51,410 nucleotides of DNA from the NCBI GenBank assembly GCA_048213135.1, contig PS015020.1:1-51410 (forward strand), given 5' to 3'. Made by a program: the position numbers and the translations under genes. How positions within the stretch are numbered: position 1 is the stretch's first letter; every line of letters begins with the position of its first letter. The stretch is from Reclinomonas americana ATCC 50394 (lineage: Eukaryota). Of the stretch, positions 41,630 to 51,410 are shown piece after piece. The notes below the pieces were generated by a model. It saw only the letters and a program-made list of their open reading frames with translations. It made no database searches and was not told where the DNA came from.

Positions 41630-42110
41630 TTGCCGAGAGCGGAGAGAGAGAGAGAGAGACTACTGGCGAGTGGAAATGAAGGAAACGATGCGCACTCAGT
41701 GGAGGCAAGTCGTCAAGTAAAGCGATAGGAGACACAGTCCACCAGTGTAAACCGAAGCGCGCAAACATCTTTCCAGTTCGCACGAAAGTCTCCCACTCTC
41801 TCCTCCCTCCCTTCTGCTATTGCTCATGGTGTCGCTCACGACGCTGGACACAAATTTAAACCCCATGAAGGCGGAGCGCATCAGCTTGTGGGTGGTATCC
41901 TTGGGCGCATCCAGTGAGTTGTACGTGAAGAACCAGGGGAAGTGGCCGACCAGCGTGGCGCCCGAGGCAGCGAGTGCTCCGGCGTAAAACACCGGGATGC
42001 CTCCAGCGCGGTACTTGCTGAGCAGCGTGGGAATTCTGTTCTTGCCCTCCCTCCACTTGCATAATGGTCTTGGTGGTGTCGATCTGCATGCAAGGCATTG
42101 CAATGAGCTC
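41630..42110 (-). pseudogene. Frameshifted duplicate of a mitochondrial carrier exon with flanking intron sequence
   Basis: Matches about 49635-50130 but carries a 4-bp GGAG duplication (frameshift), loss of YLPR and a 6-bp insertion. Retained intron flanks indicate DNA-level duplication. Confidence 0.85.
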
Positions 42111-42299
42111 TCGCTCTCTCTCTCTCTCTCACACACACATGCATGTGATCAAGAAGATGCAGTACAGTGAGCGCGCAGCGTCGGTGATGGAGTGGGCGCC
42201 GGGCGTCCTGCATGACACTTGCCACGACTNNNNNNNNNNNNNNNNNNNNNNNNNNNNNNNNNNNNNNNNNNNNNNNNNNNNNNNNNNNNNNNNNNNNNN

Positions 42300-42362
<63 letters not shown>

Positions 42363-42460
42363 GACACTCACTGTCATTTATGTTTGCGTGTCAGTTTTCT
42401 GTGAACGTGAGTTCCGCACACGATTCATCGCTGTCGGTGGTGGTGGAGGGCGTGTCGGCC

Positions 42461-45400
42461 ATGTCCACTCTCTCCGACTTGCTGCGCGAGGCCACGCGCC
42501 TGCTGCGCGAGAAGAGTGGAGATGGGGGGATGGAGATTGTGGGAGTGGAGAAGCCGGTGCCATTCAACATCGAATTTGTGGGTGGCGTGCCTCTCATTGG
42601 ACTCGGCATCAACTCATCGACGCATCTCGTCGTCCGTCTGACACTTGGCGTGGCGCTGCAGTCGAGCGGGGGGAGTGGGAGTGGACGGTGCGTGTTTGGA
42701 TGTGCACTCGAGTCGTCCTCGGTGTGGTTCATGCATCTCACTCTCATGGTTATCACAGCAACTTGCAGAGTGAGGCTCGGTTTGTGTTCGTCATTGCCAN
42801 NNNNNNNNNNNNNNNNNNNNNNNNNNNNNNNNNNNNNNNNNNNNNNNNNNNNNNNNNNNNNNNNNNNNNNNNNNNNNNNNNNNNTCAACTTCCCACTCAC
42901 CATACATCAATCCGCCTGGCGTACTGACTTTGTTTCTCGCATACAGCATAATTCACTCGAATCGCATCAACATGGCGTTCGAGGCGGTGGAGGAGGCCGT
43001 GCGTCTGCGCTGTCAGCGCACACTTGCGCAGTTCAGTCGTGATCATTCCGACTTTGATGTGCGAGCGTGGGTGCTGGGTTTCACACCACTCGGCATGCGT
43101 GCGATGGCGGTGAAGGCATGGCGTGAGCAACATGCTCCACTCCGTACTGTGCGAGTCGCGCTATTCAAGGAGAAGCAGCCGATGTTGTTGGCATGGCGTG
43201 CTGCATTTGACGCCGACCCCTCTACCGACCCTCCGTGTGACGGGTTCGACGCGACGGCACTCGCCTCCATCATGCTGTTTGGTGGCTTTGTTCAGGATGA
43301 CAGTCGCAAGCTGTTGCTCATTGACGATGCTGATGAACGCAAGGCCGTGGAGGAGCTGCGTGAGGTGCGGAACGAGTTGGTGCACGGGTCGTCGACGTGG
43401 ACCGAGGCCAGTGTACAAGAGTACCTCGGCGACGGTGGTGTGCTTCTGTCCCTCCTGGCCAAGCTGCGTCTCCCCCCCGATGTGCGTGACAGTTTTGCTA
43501 CTCGGATTCGCCAAGCGCACCATTTTGACTTCAGCATCAGCACATTCGACGAGCGACTTCATCGACTGGCGTTGCGTGAGCTGTCGTTCTACCAGCATGA
43601 CGAGAGTGTGCGCAAGGACATGCAGATGTATGTGCCGCTGTTGTGTTCCCGTGATCGTGACGTCTCTTCGAGTGAGAAGATGACGGATCTATTGACGGAG
43701 GTGGATAGTTTCCTCTCGGACACCAACACCACCCAGCGTGTGTTGGTGCTCTTTGGCAACAGTGGTGCCGGCAAGACCACCACCATGTCGATGCTCGCTG
43801 AGAGAGCATGGCGACAGTGGCAGACGAGAGAGAGCAGACGAGTGCCTGTGCGTGTGCCTCTTGGTTCTCTGCGAAATGCCGATGATCGGTTGTTGGAGGA
43901 GGCATTAGAGCGACTGTCGCCCGAGTTGGGATTCAGCGAGTCGGATGTGCGACGGCTGAAGGAGGAACCACTGCTGTTGCTGCTTGACGGGTATGACGAG
44001 CTGTATCGTGGTGTGAATCTGTTTGTCAAGAACCAAATGGATGTGTGCCGCGATGTGAAGGTGATTATCACATGTCGCGGCGATTACGCATTGACGGCAT
44101 TGGGTGGTGTGACGGGGTATCGGCGGTACTTTGCACCAGTGGATGCACGCGGAAAGTTGCGCATGCAGCAGCTGATGGAGCGGCACATTGCGCCATTCAG
44201 CAAGGAGCAGATTGAGGAGTACTTTGAGCGATGGGTGGAGGTGGGTGGTGATTGTGATGACGGCGAAGTGCAATGGTCATCTACTGAGGAGTACATGCGT
44301 GCACTGAAGAGTGTACATGGACTGGATACACTGGTGTCAAATCCATTCCTGCTGTCGGTAGTTGCCCGTGTGTTGCCGCAGCTGGTGGCAAGTGGCGTTC
44401 AGCGACCGACTCGGTGTGACGTGTTTGACCGATTCATTCGACAGTGGATTGAGAGGGAACAGGAGAGGCAATCAAAACTCGGTGCGGAGCGTGTGCCGAG
44501 TTGGGAGACATGTCTCTCGTTCTGTGAAGGACTGGCACGGTTGATGCATGAGAGGAATGTGGTTCGTGTGTCGGTGACGGAGAGTCGATCAGGTGATGGT
44601 GGGGAGGAGGAGGATGACTTCGGTGGTGCACCGCTCACCTTACGACGAGCGGAAGGGGTGCCATTTGACAAGTTCCTCAGTCACGGGAGCCAACATGTGC
44701 GAGTGTGCTGTCCAATTGTGCGACGATATGGGACGACGCAGTGGGGTTTCGTGCATCTGTCTCTGCTCGAACACTGTGTGGCACGGCATGTGTTTGCGTG
44801 GGAGACGTGGGATGAGGAGAAGAGGATGACAGTGCAAGATGTGCAGCAGCATGTGCTGGGTGTGCGACTGCTGAATGATCGACCATCGATGGTGGGGCAG
44901 ATGGCCGAGGTGGTGCGACGATCTCCTGTATTGCAAAAGAGACTGTGGGAGGTGATTGAGCTGTCGAGAGAGGTTGATGAGGAGCGACTGGTGACGGCAG
45001 CCGCGAATGCAGCGACGGTGTTGTGTGTGGCACAAGTGTCGTTTAGTGGGCGCGATCTGTCGGCTGTGCGAGTGAGGAATGCAGATTTGAGGGATGCGGT
45101 GATGCACAGGACGGTGTGGAGAGGAGCGGATATGCGCGGGGTGAATATGTGCATGGCGTTTGCGAGGGAGGCGGACTTCAGACGGGCGAATGTGACGGGT
45201 GTGAAGTGGCCGAGGAAGCCATTGGTGGGTCACACTTATATTGTGAATTCTGTTGCCGTTACTCCTGACGGTCAGCATATCGTTAGTGGCAGCTGGGACA
45301 AAACAGTGCGAGTGTGGTCTCTGACAAGTGGAGAGGAAGTGCAATGTATTTGTGGACACATAGCAGGTGTGTACTCAGTTGCTGTCACACCCGATGGTGA

Positions 45401-47096
45401 GCACATTGTGAGCGGGAGTCGAGACAAGACTGTACGAGTGTGGTCGCTGGCAAGTGGCGAAGAGTTGCGACGGTTGGAGGGTCACACTGAAGAGGTGTAT
45501 TCAGTTGTCGTCACTCCGAGTGGTCAACATGTTATCAGTGGGAGTGAGGACCAAACTGTGAGGGTGTGGTCACTGCAGAGTGGACAGGAGGTGCGCCAAT
45601 TGGTGGGACACACTGGAAAGGTGTGGGCTGTCAGTGTTACCCCTGATGGCCAGCACATCGTCAGCGGAAGTGGAGACAAAACTGTGCGAGTGTGGTCACT
45701 GGCGAGTGGAGAGGAAGTGCGACGGCTGGAGGGTCACACTCACGCTGTGATGTCTGTCGCCGCCACTCCCGACGGTCAGCATGTGGCAAGTGGGAGTGGG
45801 GACGAAACAGTGCGTGTTTGGTCACTCGCGAGTGGAGAGGAAGTGCGTCGGTTGGAGGGGCATGCCGGGTGGGTGTTGTCCGTCGCTGTCACTCCCGATG
45901 GTCAACACATTGTGAGTGGAAACTATGCAAAATCGGTGAGTGTTTGGTCACTGGCAAGTGGGACAGAAGTGCGACGATTAGAGGGTCACGAAGGCGGAGT
46001 GAATTCTGTCGCTGCCACTTTCGATGGTCAGCAAGTAGTAAGCGGAAGTGGTGATAAGACAGTGCGAGTGTGGTCAATCACCAACGGGGAAGATGTTCGT
46101 CGAATAGCGAGGCACGCCAAGGATGTAAAGTGTGTTGCGGTAACTCCTGATGGTCAGTACGTGGTGAGTGGAAGCGATGATAAGACATTGAGAGTGTGGT
46201 CAGTGTCAACTGGAGAGGAAGTTCAACGATTGGAAGGGCACGCAGGTCCCGTGTGGTCTGTGGCTGTCACTCCCGAAGGTCAGCACGTTGTAAGTGGGAG
46301 TCGAGACATGACAGTGCGAGTCTGGTCTGTGGGGAGTGGAAAGGAGCTGAGATGCTTGGTGGGACACAGTGGTGACGTCTGTGCTGTGGCCGTCACACCG
46401 AATTCGCTGTCTATTGTAAGCGGGAGCAATGACATGACAGTAAGGGTGTGGTCAATTGAGAGAGGTGAGGAAGTACTACAACTCATACACACTGGGTTAA
46501 TTTGGTCTGTTGCCATCAGTCCTGATGGTCGGTACGTTGTCAGTGGGTGTAGTGACAAGACTGTGAGAGTTTGGTCGTTGGCAAGTGGTGAGGAGGTGCG
46601 CCGACTGGAAGGTCACACTGAGAGGGTGTGGTCTGTTGCCGTCACTCCGGATGGTCAACATGTTGTGAGTGGTGGCGTGGACTTGACGGTGCGTCTGTGG
46701 TCACTGATGAGTGGCGTCGAAATGCGTCGGTTAGAAGGACACACACGTGCTGTATTGTCAGTTGCCGTCACTCCCGACGGTCTGTGCATTGCAAGTGGGA
46801 GCTTCGACAAGGCTGTGCGATTATGGCCTGTGGCGAGTGGAGCCGACGCACGTCTGTTGGAGGGACACACGGATGTCGTGATTGCTGTCGCCGTCACTCC
46901 CAATAGCGAACACGTTGTGAGTGGGAGCTGGGATAGGACTGTTCGTATGTGGTCATTGGCGAATGGAGAAGAGGTTCACGGTGACACTGTCGACCAAGAT
47001 GCCCGAACATCCTCCAAACCAAGGTCGCGACACCTCCTCGATCGAATTTTAGGATCATTCCTGCCTGATTTTACCGACGCGTTGTCCGAGCAGTAA
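42461..47096 (+). CDS. NLR-like STAND protein: HEPN-like N-terminus, NACHT, pentapeptide repeats, 14 WD40 repeats
   Basis: 4.15-kb uninterrupted exon 42947-47096 with FDATALASIM..ELREVRNELVH, Walker A VLFGNSGAGKTT, Walker B LLLLDGYDEL, NPFLLSVV, FVHLSLLEH, AAANAATVL..FSGRDL pentapeptides and 14 GH..WS repeats. A probable first exon 42461-42687 joins in phase (CG|C); alternative start ATG 42972. Confidence 0.9.
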
Positions 47097-47254
47097 AATG
47101 CAGAGGGAGACTGCTGAAGTGTTCGCAGTGTGTGCAGTCAGTCTTTTCTGTGCGTGGGTGGTTGTGTAGTACATCTGAACATGACCACAAGAACCTGTGT
47201 GTGCGTTGGAAGAGAGATCACTGCATACGTGTCTGCCTTTCATCTACGGTCAGT

Positions 47255-47350
47255 GCTCGCTCTTCCCATCACTACCTTCTAGATCTACGCTTCCCATCAC
47301 TGCGTCCTTCTCTCCCCACTGCCTTCTGCTCTTCCCATCACTGCTTTCTA
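47255..47350 (-). repeat. Reverse-complement degenerate copies of the 41305 minisatellite
   Basis: CTCTTCCCATCACT(G/A)C-type units running into the N gap. Confidence 0.8.
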
Positions 47351-47858
47351 NNNNNNNNNNNNNNNNNNNNNNNNNNNNNNNNNNNNNNNNNNNNNNNNNN
47401 NNNNNNNNNNNNNNNNNNNNNNNNNNNNNNNNNNNNNNNNNNNNNNNNNNNNNNNNNNNNNNNNNNNNNNNNNNNNNNNNNNNNNNNNNNNNNNNNNNNN
47501 NNNNNNNNNNNNNNNNNNNNNNNNNNNNNNNNNNNNNNNNNNNNNNNNNNNNNNNNNNNNNNNNNNNNNNNNNNNNNNNNNNNNNNNNNNNNNNNNNNNN
47601 NNNNNNNNNNNNNNNNNNNNNNNNNNNNNNNNNNNNNNNNNNNNNNNNNNNNNNNNNNNNNNNNNNNNNNNNNNNNNNNNNNNNNNNNNNNNNNNNNNNN
47701 NNNNNNNNNNNNNNNNNNNNNNNNNNNNNNNNNNNNNNNNNNNNNNNNNNNNNNNNNNNNNNNNNNNNNNNNNNNNNNNNNNNNNNNNNNNNNNNNNNNN
47801 NNNNNNNNNNNNNNNNNNNNNNNNNNNNNNNNNNNNNNNNNNNNNNNNNNNNNNNNNN

Positions 47859-48560
47859 TTTCTCCGTCGTCGAAGAGCTGCTGGCCGTAGGCGCAGCTCT
47901 TGCTGCGCTCGACTACAGTGCATGATAATGTAGGGCGGTGCATCGTTGGGTGCTCGTCCACCCCGCAGCGGTCGGCCGCGGGCAGCAGTTGTCGACACGT
48001 GCACGTCATGCATGCGTGCAGATTCCGAGATTCTGTATTCTCAAACAGCACACTTGCAGTGTGCTTCTTGCAGCAGCTCTACTTATCCATTACGCAGTTG
48101 CATGCTGTTCATCATCATCGTCGGTGAGCACCAGATCTGGGGAGCACAGACATATGTTAGAATTCCAGAATCAGAAAGATTGAAAGTGTCGCACATCAAA
48201 TGCTGGTGTTTCTGAAAGGCTCGCGACATGCACATGGACTGGAAGTTACACTGCAAACAGGAAATGCAGCTAAACAGCCAGAGTCGGGAGGTGCAAGAGT
48301 TTGCGTTCAGTACGGTTTCTCGAAGTAATTCCGGAAGAGTGGAATAATTACTGAAACCAACACATTGCCAGTTTACTTATTCAACGCGTCGTCAATCACC
48401 CTCCACAGCACAGAGAACAGCAGTCCCTGCAAGCCAATCGTCCAGATGCGGGTCTTCAGTCCACGACCAAAGAGTCCAACGACACCATCGGCGGCGACAG
48501 TGCGACGAACGGTGTCACCGTACGAAATCGGTTTCGTGGTGAAGGCAGTGACATTGTGGG
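47859..48560 (-). other. 3' exon of the mitochondrial carrier gene plus downstream region (right inverted arm)
   Basis: KPISYGDTVRRTVAADGVVGLFGRGLKTRIWTIGLQGLLFSVLWRVIDDALNK* (stop about 48373). No clear AG acceptor seen directly upstream. Confidence 0.75.
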
Positions 48561-49170
48561 GGAAAGGGGATAAAAAGAGAAGGGCACGACAGCGCAAATC
48601 AGTGGGAAGGCGGAGGAGATGGAGGGAGAGAGAGCGTCAGAAAAGCACGTAGTGAGACAGCTCACAAATCCATCATCTCCCTCGATAATGCAGAAAGCCG
48701 AGAGTGAGAAGCAAATGATGCACGCTCATCATCGGTNNNNNNNNNNNNNNNNNNNNNNNNNNNNNNNNNNNNNNNNNNNNNNNNNNNNNNNNNNNNNNNN
48801 NNNNNNNNNNNNNNNNNNNNNNNNNNNNNNNNNNNNNNNNNNNNNNNNNNNNNNNNNNNNNNNNNNNNNNNNNNNNNNNNNNNNNNNNNNNNNNNNNNNN
48901 NNNNNNNNNNNNNNNNNNNNNNNNNNNNNNNNNNNNNNNNNNNNNNNNNNNNNNNNNNNNNNNNNNNNNNNNNNNNNNNNNNNNNNNNNNNNNNNNNNNN
49001 NNNNNNNNNNNNNNNNNNNNNNNNNNNNNNNNNNNNNNNNNNNNNNNNNNNNNNNNNNNNNNNNNNNNNNNNNNNNNNNNNNNNNNNNNNNNNNNNNNNN
49101 NNNNNNNNNNNNNNNNNNNNNNNNNNNNNNNNNNNNNNNNNNNNNTCTCACTCACTCGTTCTCTTCACAG

Positions 49171-49935
49171 GTTGCGGTGAGCGATCGCGATCATCGACCC
49201 CCTCTTCCCTCTCCTCTCTATGTATGTGTCACTCATGTCGATTTGCTGCGAAGCACGGCGATGAACTACGAAATGCGTCACGGCGGTGGCATGCGAAACG
49301 CCTTTTCGCACTTGTACAATGAGGGTGGTCGTGGTCTTGGAGGTGTCCGTCGGTTTTATCGCGGTCTCCTGCCAGCGTTGCTGCAGGGCCCACTCAGTCG
49401 GTTCGGCGACACTGCCTCCAACGCCGGTGTGATGGCGTTTGTCAATCGCTACGAGGAAACCAAGGTCTTGTGTGTGCGATGACCAGAGCTCCTCATCGCG
49501 CACCGATTGTCTCACTTGCCCCCTCAGAACCTGCCAGTCGCCGTAAAGACGGTGGCGGCAAGTACCACGGCTGCACTGTTCCGCATCTTCTTGATGCCGG
49601 TGAGCGACTGACCACGTGCATCTGTCTTCTGCATCTGTGAGCTCATCGCAACGCCTTGCATGCAGATCGACACCACCAAGACCATTATGCAAGTGGAGGG
49701 CAAGAACGGCATTCCCACGCTGCTCAGCAAGTACCGCGCTGGAGGCATCCCGGTGTTTTACGCCGGAGCACTCGCTGCCTCGGGCGCCACGCTGGTCGGC
49801 CACTTCCCCTGGTTCTTCACGTACAACTCGCTGGATGCGTACTTGCCGAGGCCCAAGGACACCACACAAAAGCTGATGCGCTCCGCTTTTATGGGGTTTG
49901 TGTCCAGCGTTGTGAGCGACACCATGAGCAATAGC
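49171..49935 (+). CDS. Mitochondrial carrier (SLC25-like) internal exons; contig probably reversed relative to its 3' exon
   Basis: (W)LR|TAMNYEMRHG..RFYRGLLPALLQGPLSRFGDTASNAG|..FRIFLMP|IDTTKTIMQVEG..ATLVGHFPWFFTYN..SVVSDTMSNS; contains the Px[DE]xx[KR] signature PIDTTK. Confidence 0.8.
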
Positions 49936-50144
49936 GTTGCGTGCACTCGCGGGAGGGGGGAAGGGAGAAGAGGGGATGGGAAGAGGAAGGGAGAGAGATT
50001 GGGTTGCGATCTTGCACTCTCGTGCAGAAAGGGAAGGCTTGTGCGCTTCGGTTTACACTGGTGGACTGTGTCTCCTATCGCTTTGATCGTCTTCCTCGGA
50101 TTGTTTCCTTCTTTCCACCGACCGACTGTGTGTGTCTCTCTCTT

Positions 50145-50184
<40 letters not shown>

Positions 50185-50639
50185 NNNNNNNNNNNNNNNN
50201 NNNNNNNNNNNNNNNNNNNNNNNNNNNNNNNNNNNNNNNNNNNNNNNNNNNNNNNNNNNNNNNNNNNNNNNNNNNNNNNNNNNNNNNNNNNNNNNNNNNN
50301 NNNNNNNNNNNNNNNNNNNNNNNNNNNNNNNNNNNNNNNNNNNNNNNNNNNNNNNNNNNNNNNNNNNNNNNNNNNNNNNNNNNNNNNNNNNNNNNNNNNN
50401 NNNNNNNNNNNNNNNNNNNNNNNNNNNNNNNNNNNNNNNNNNNNNNNNNNNNNNNNNNNNNNNNNNNNNNNNNNNNNNNNNNNNNNNNNNNNNNNNNNNN
50501 NNNNNNNNNNNNNNNNNNNNNNNNNNNNNNNNNNNNNNNNNNNNNNNNNNNNNNNNNNNNNNNNNNNNNNNNNNNNNNNNNNNNNNNNNNNNNNNNNNNN
50601 NNNNNNNNNNNNNNNNNNNNNNNNNNNNNNNNNNNNNNN

Positions 50640-50808
50640 ACTGCAAGTCTGACCTGACCTGCTCGTGCTACTACAACTGCAACAACTACTCGGCGGTGGC
50701 TGCTGGCACTGCGTCGTGCCCGGGCACCAGCCAGCACGTCGGCAACGGCAACTGCTGCGGCTACTACACTGGCGCCACCTGCCAGATCTCGCCGTTCGGC
50801 AGCAACTA
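50640..50808 (+). CDS. 3' end of a Cys-rich, probably extracellular protein
   Basis: CKSDLTCSCYYNCNNYSAVAAGTASCPGTSQHVGNGNCCGYYTGATCQISPFGSN* with strong C-ending codon bias; 5' part lost in the gap. Confidence 0.55.
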
Positions 50809-51053
50809 AGCAGCAGTAGCAGCAGCAGCAGCTGATGCGACAGCACGATGAAGAGAATGAAATCTTCTGCTCCTTTTTGAGATATCGAAAAATTGGTGGG
50901 CAATACTGGGAGATAAAGAAAATGTCTTGTAGATCTAGATCGGGGAAGAGGTGAACAGGGGAAAAATAACGGTATCTTCTCCCGTCTCCATCCTTGACTG
51001 TGACATGGCCGAAGTAGGTTGCATGCGCAGCTGCACAGCGTCGATCGTGACGA

Positions 51054-51410
51054 TCATCGTGACTTGCTTCTCGCCTCAGCTGTCCATCTTCGCGCACTGC
51101 AATGCACAGCGCTGCCGGTGTGCCAGTTGCTAATAATTTGCTTGCACTTGCCTGCAGCAGCGCTCCTGTTCGGCATACGCGTGTTCGAATTGATTCGACG
51201 TTTGTGCGACGTTGGTGCGACTTGACCGAGCTCTCCACGTGCAACGATAAATACACAGAGTGCATCCTCCTTATCACCACACACCGTCTTGTCACACACT
51301 GCGAGTCTTGCACCGCAGCCGACGGCGAACGTCACTACATGCTTGTCCCATGGAATTTTTTCATCCACACCCTCCGTCACCAACCCGCCATCGCGCCCTC
51401 GCAGTGGCGG
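51054..51410 (-). CDS. Possible exon of an unidentified gene running off the window
   Basis: Open frame VTEGVDEKIPWDKHVVTFAVGC..LCVFIVARGELGQV; no motif recognised. Confidence 0.25.
   Translation of the reverse strand, partial: PPLRGRDGGLVTEGVDEKIPWDKHVVTFAVGCGARLAVCDKTVCGDKEDALCVFIVARGELGQVAPTSHKRRINSNTRMPNRSAAAGKCKQIISNWHTGSAVHCSARRWTAEARSKSR

Noticed and set aside
49146-50184. Carrier exons on + while the 3' exon is on -
   Set aside because: Gap-bounded contig; flipping it gives a collinear minus-strand gene. Probably a scaffolding artefact.

Overview
Gene-dense, intron-rich eukaryotic (protist-like) scaffold with many N gaps and (CT)n/(CA)n microsatellites; standard genetic code, GT-AG introns. 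Gene models were reconstructed by hand from splice sites and protein motifs, without database searches. Left to right: a disordered tail-anchored protein, ORC6, THUMPD1/Tan1 and exportin-T (all minus); an intronless 7-blade WD40 gene; two tandem UBA + ubiquitin-like + peptidase S74 genes; two head-to-head Rh ammonium transporters; a 67-aa microprotein; a bacterial-type GSI-beta glutamine synthetase; SPATA20; a TTC1-like TPR protein; and a HEPN-NACHT-pentapeptide-WD40 NLR-like gene bracketed by ~1.1-kb inverted duplications derived from a neighbouring mitochondrial-carrier locus. Main finding: in both UBA-UBL-S74 genes the ubiquitin-like tail (VQRIRG / MQRIAG) runs directly into an intact S-D-x-R-x-K autoprotease motif. 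Autocleavage would expose a C-terminal Gly, which suggests a self-maturing ubiquitin-like modifier. A second signal is that about 20 introns use an unusual GTTGCG donor.
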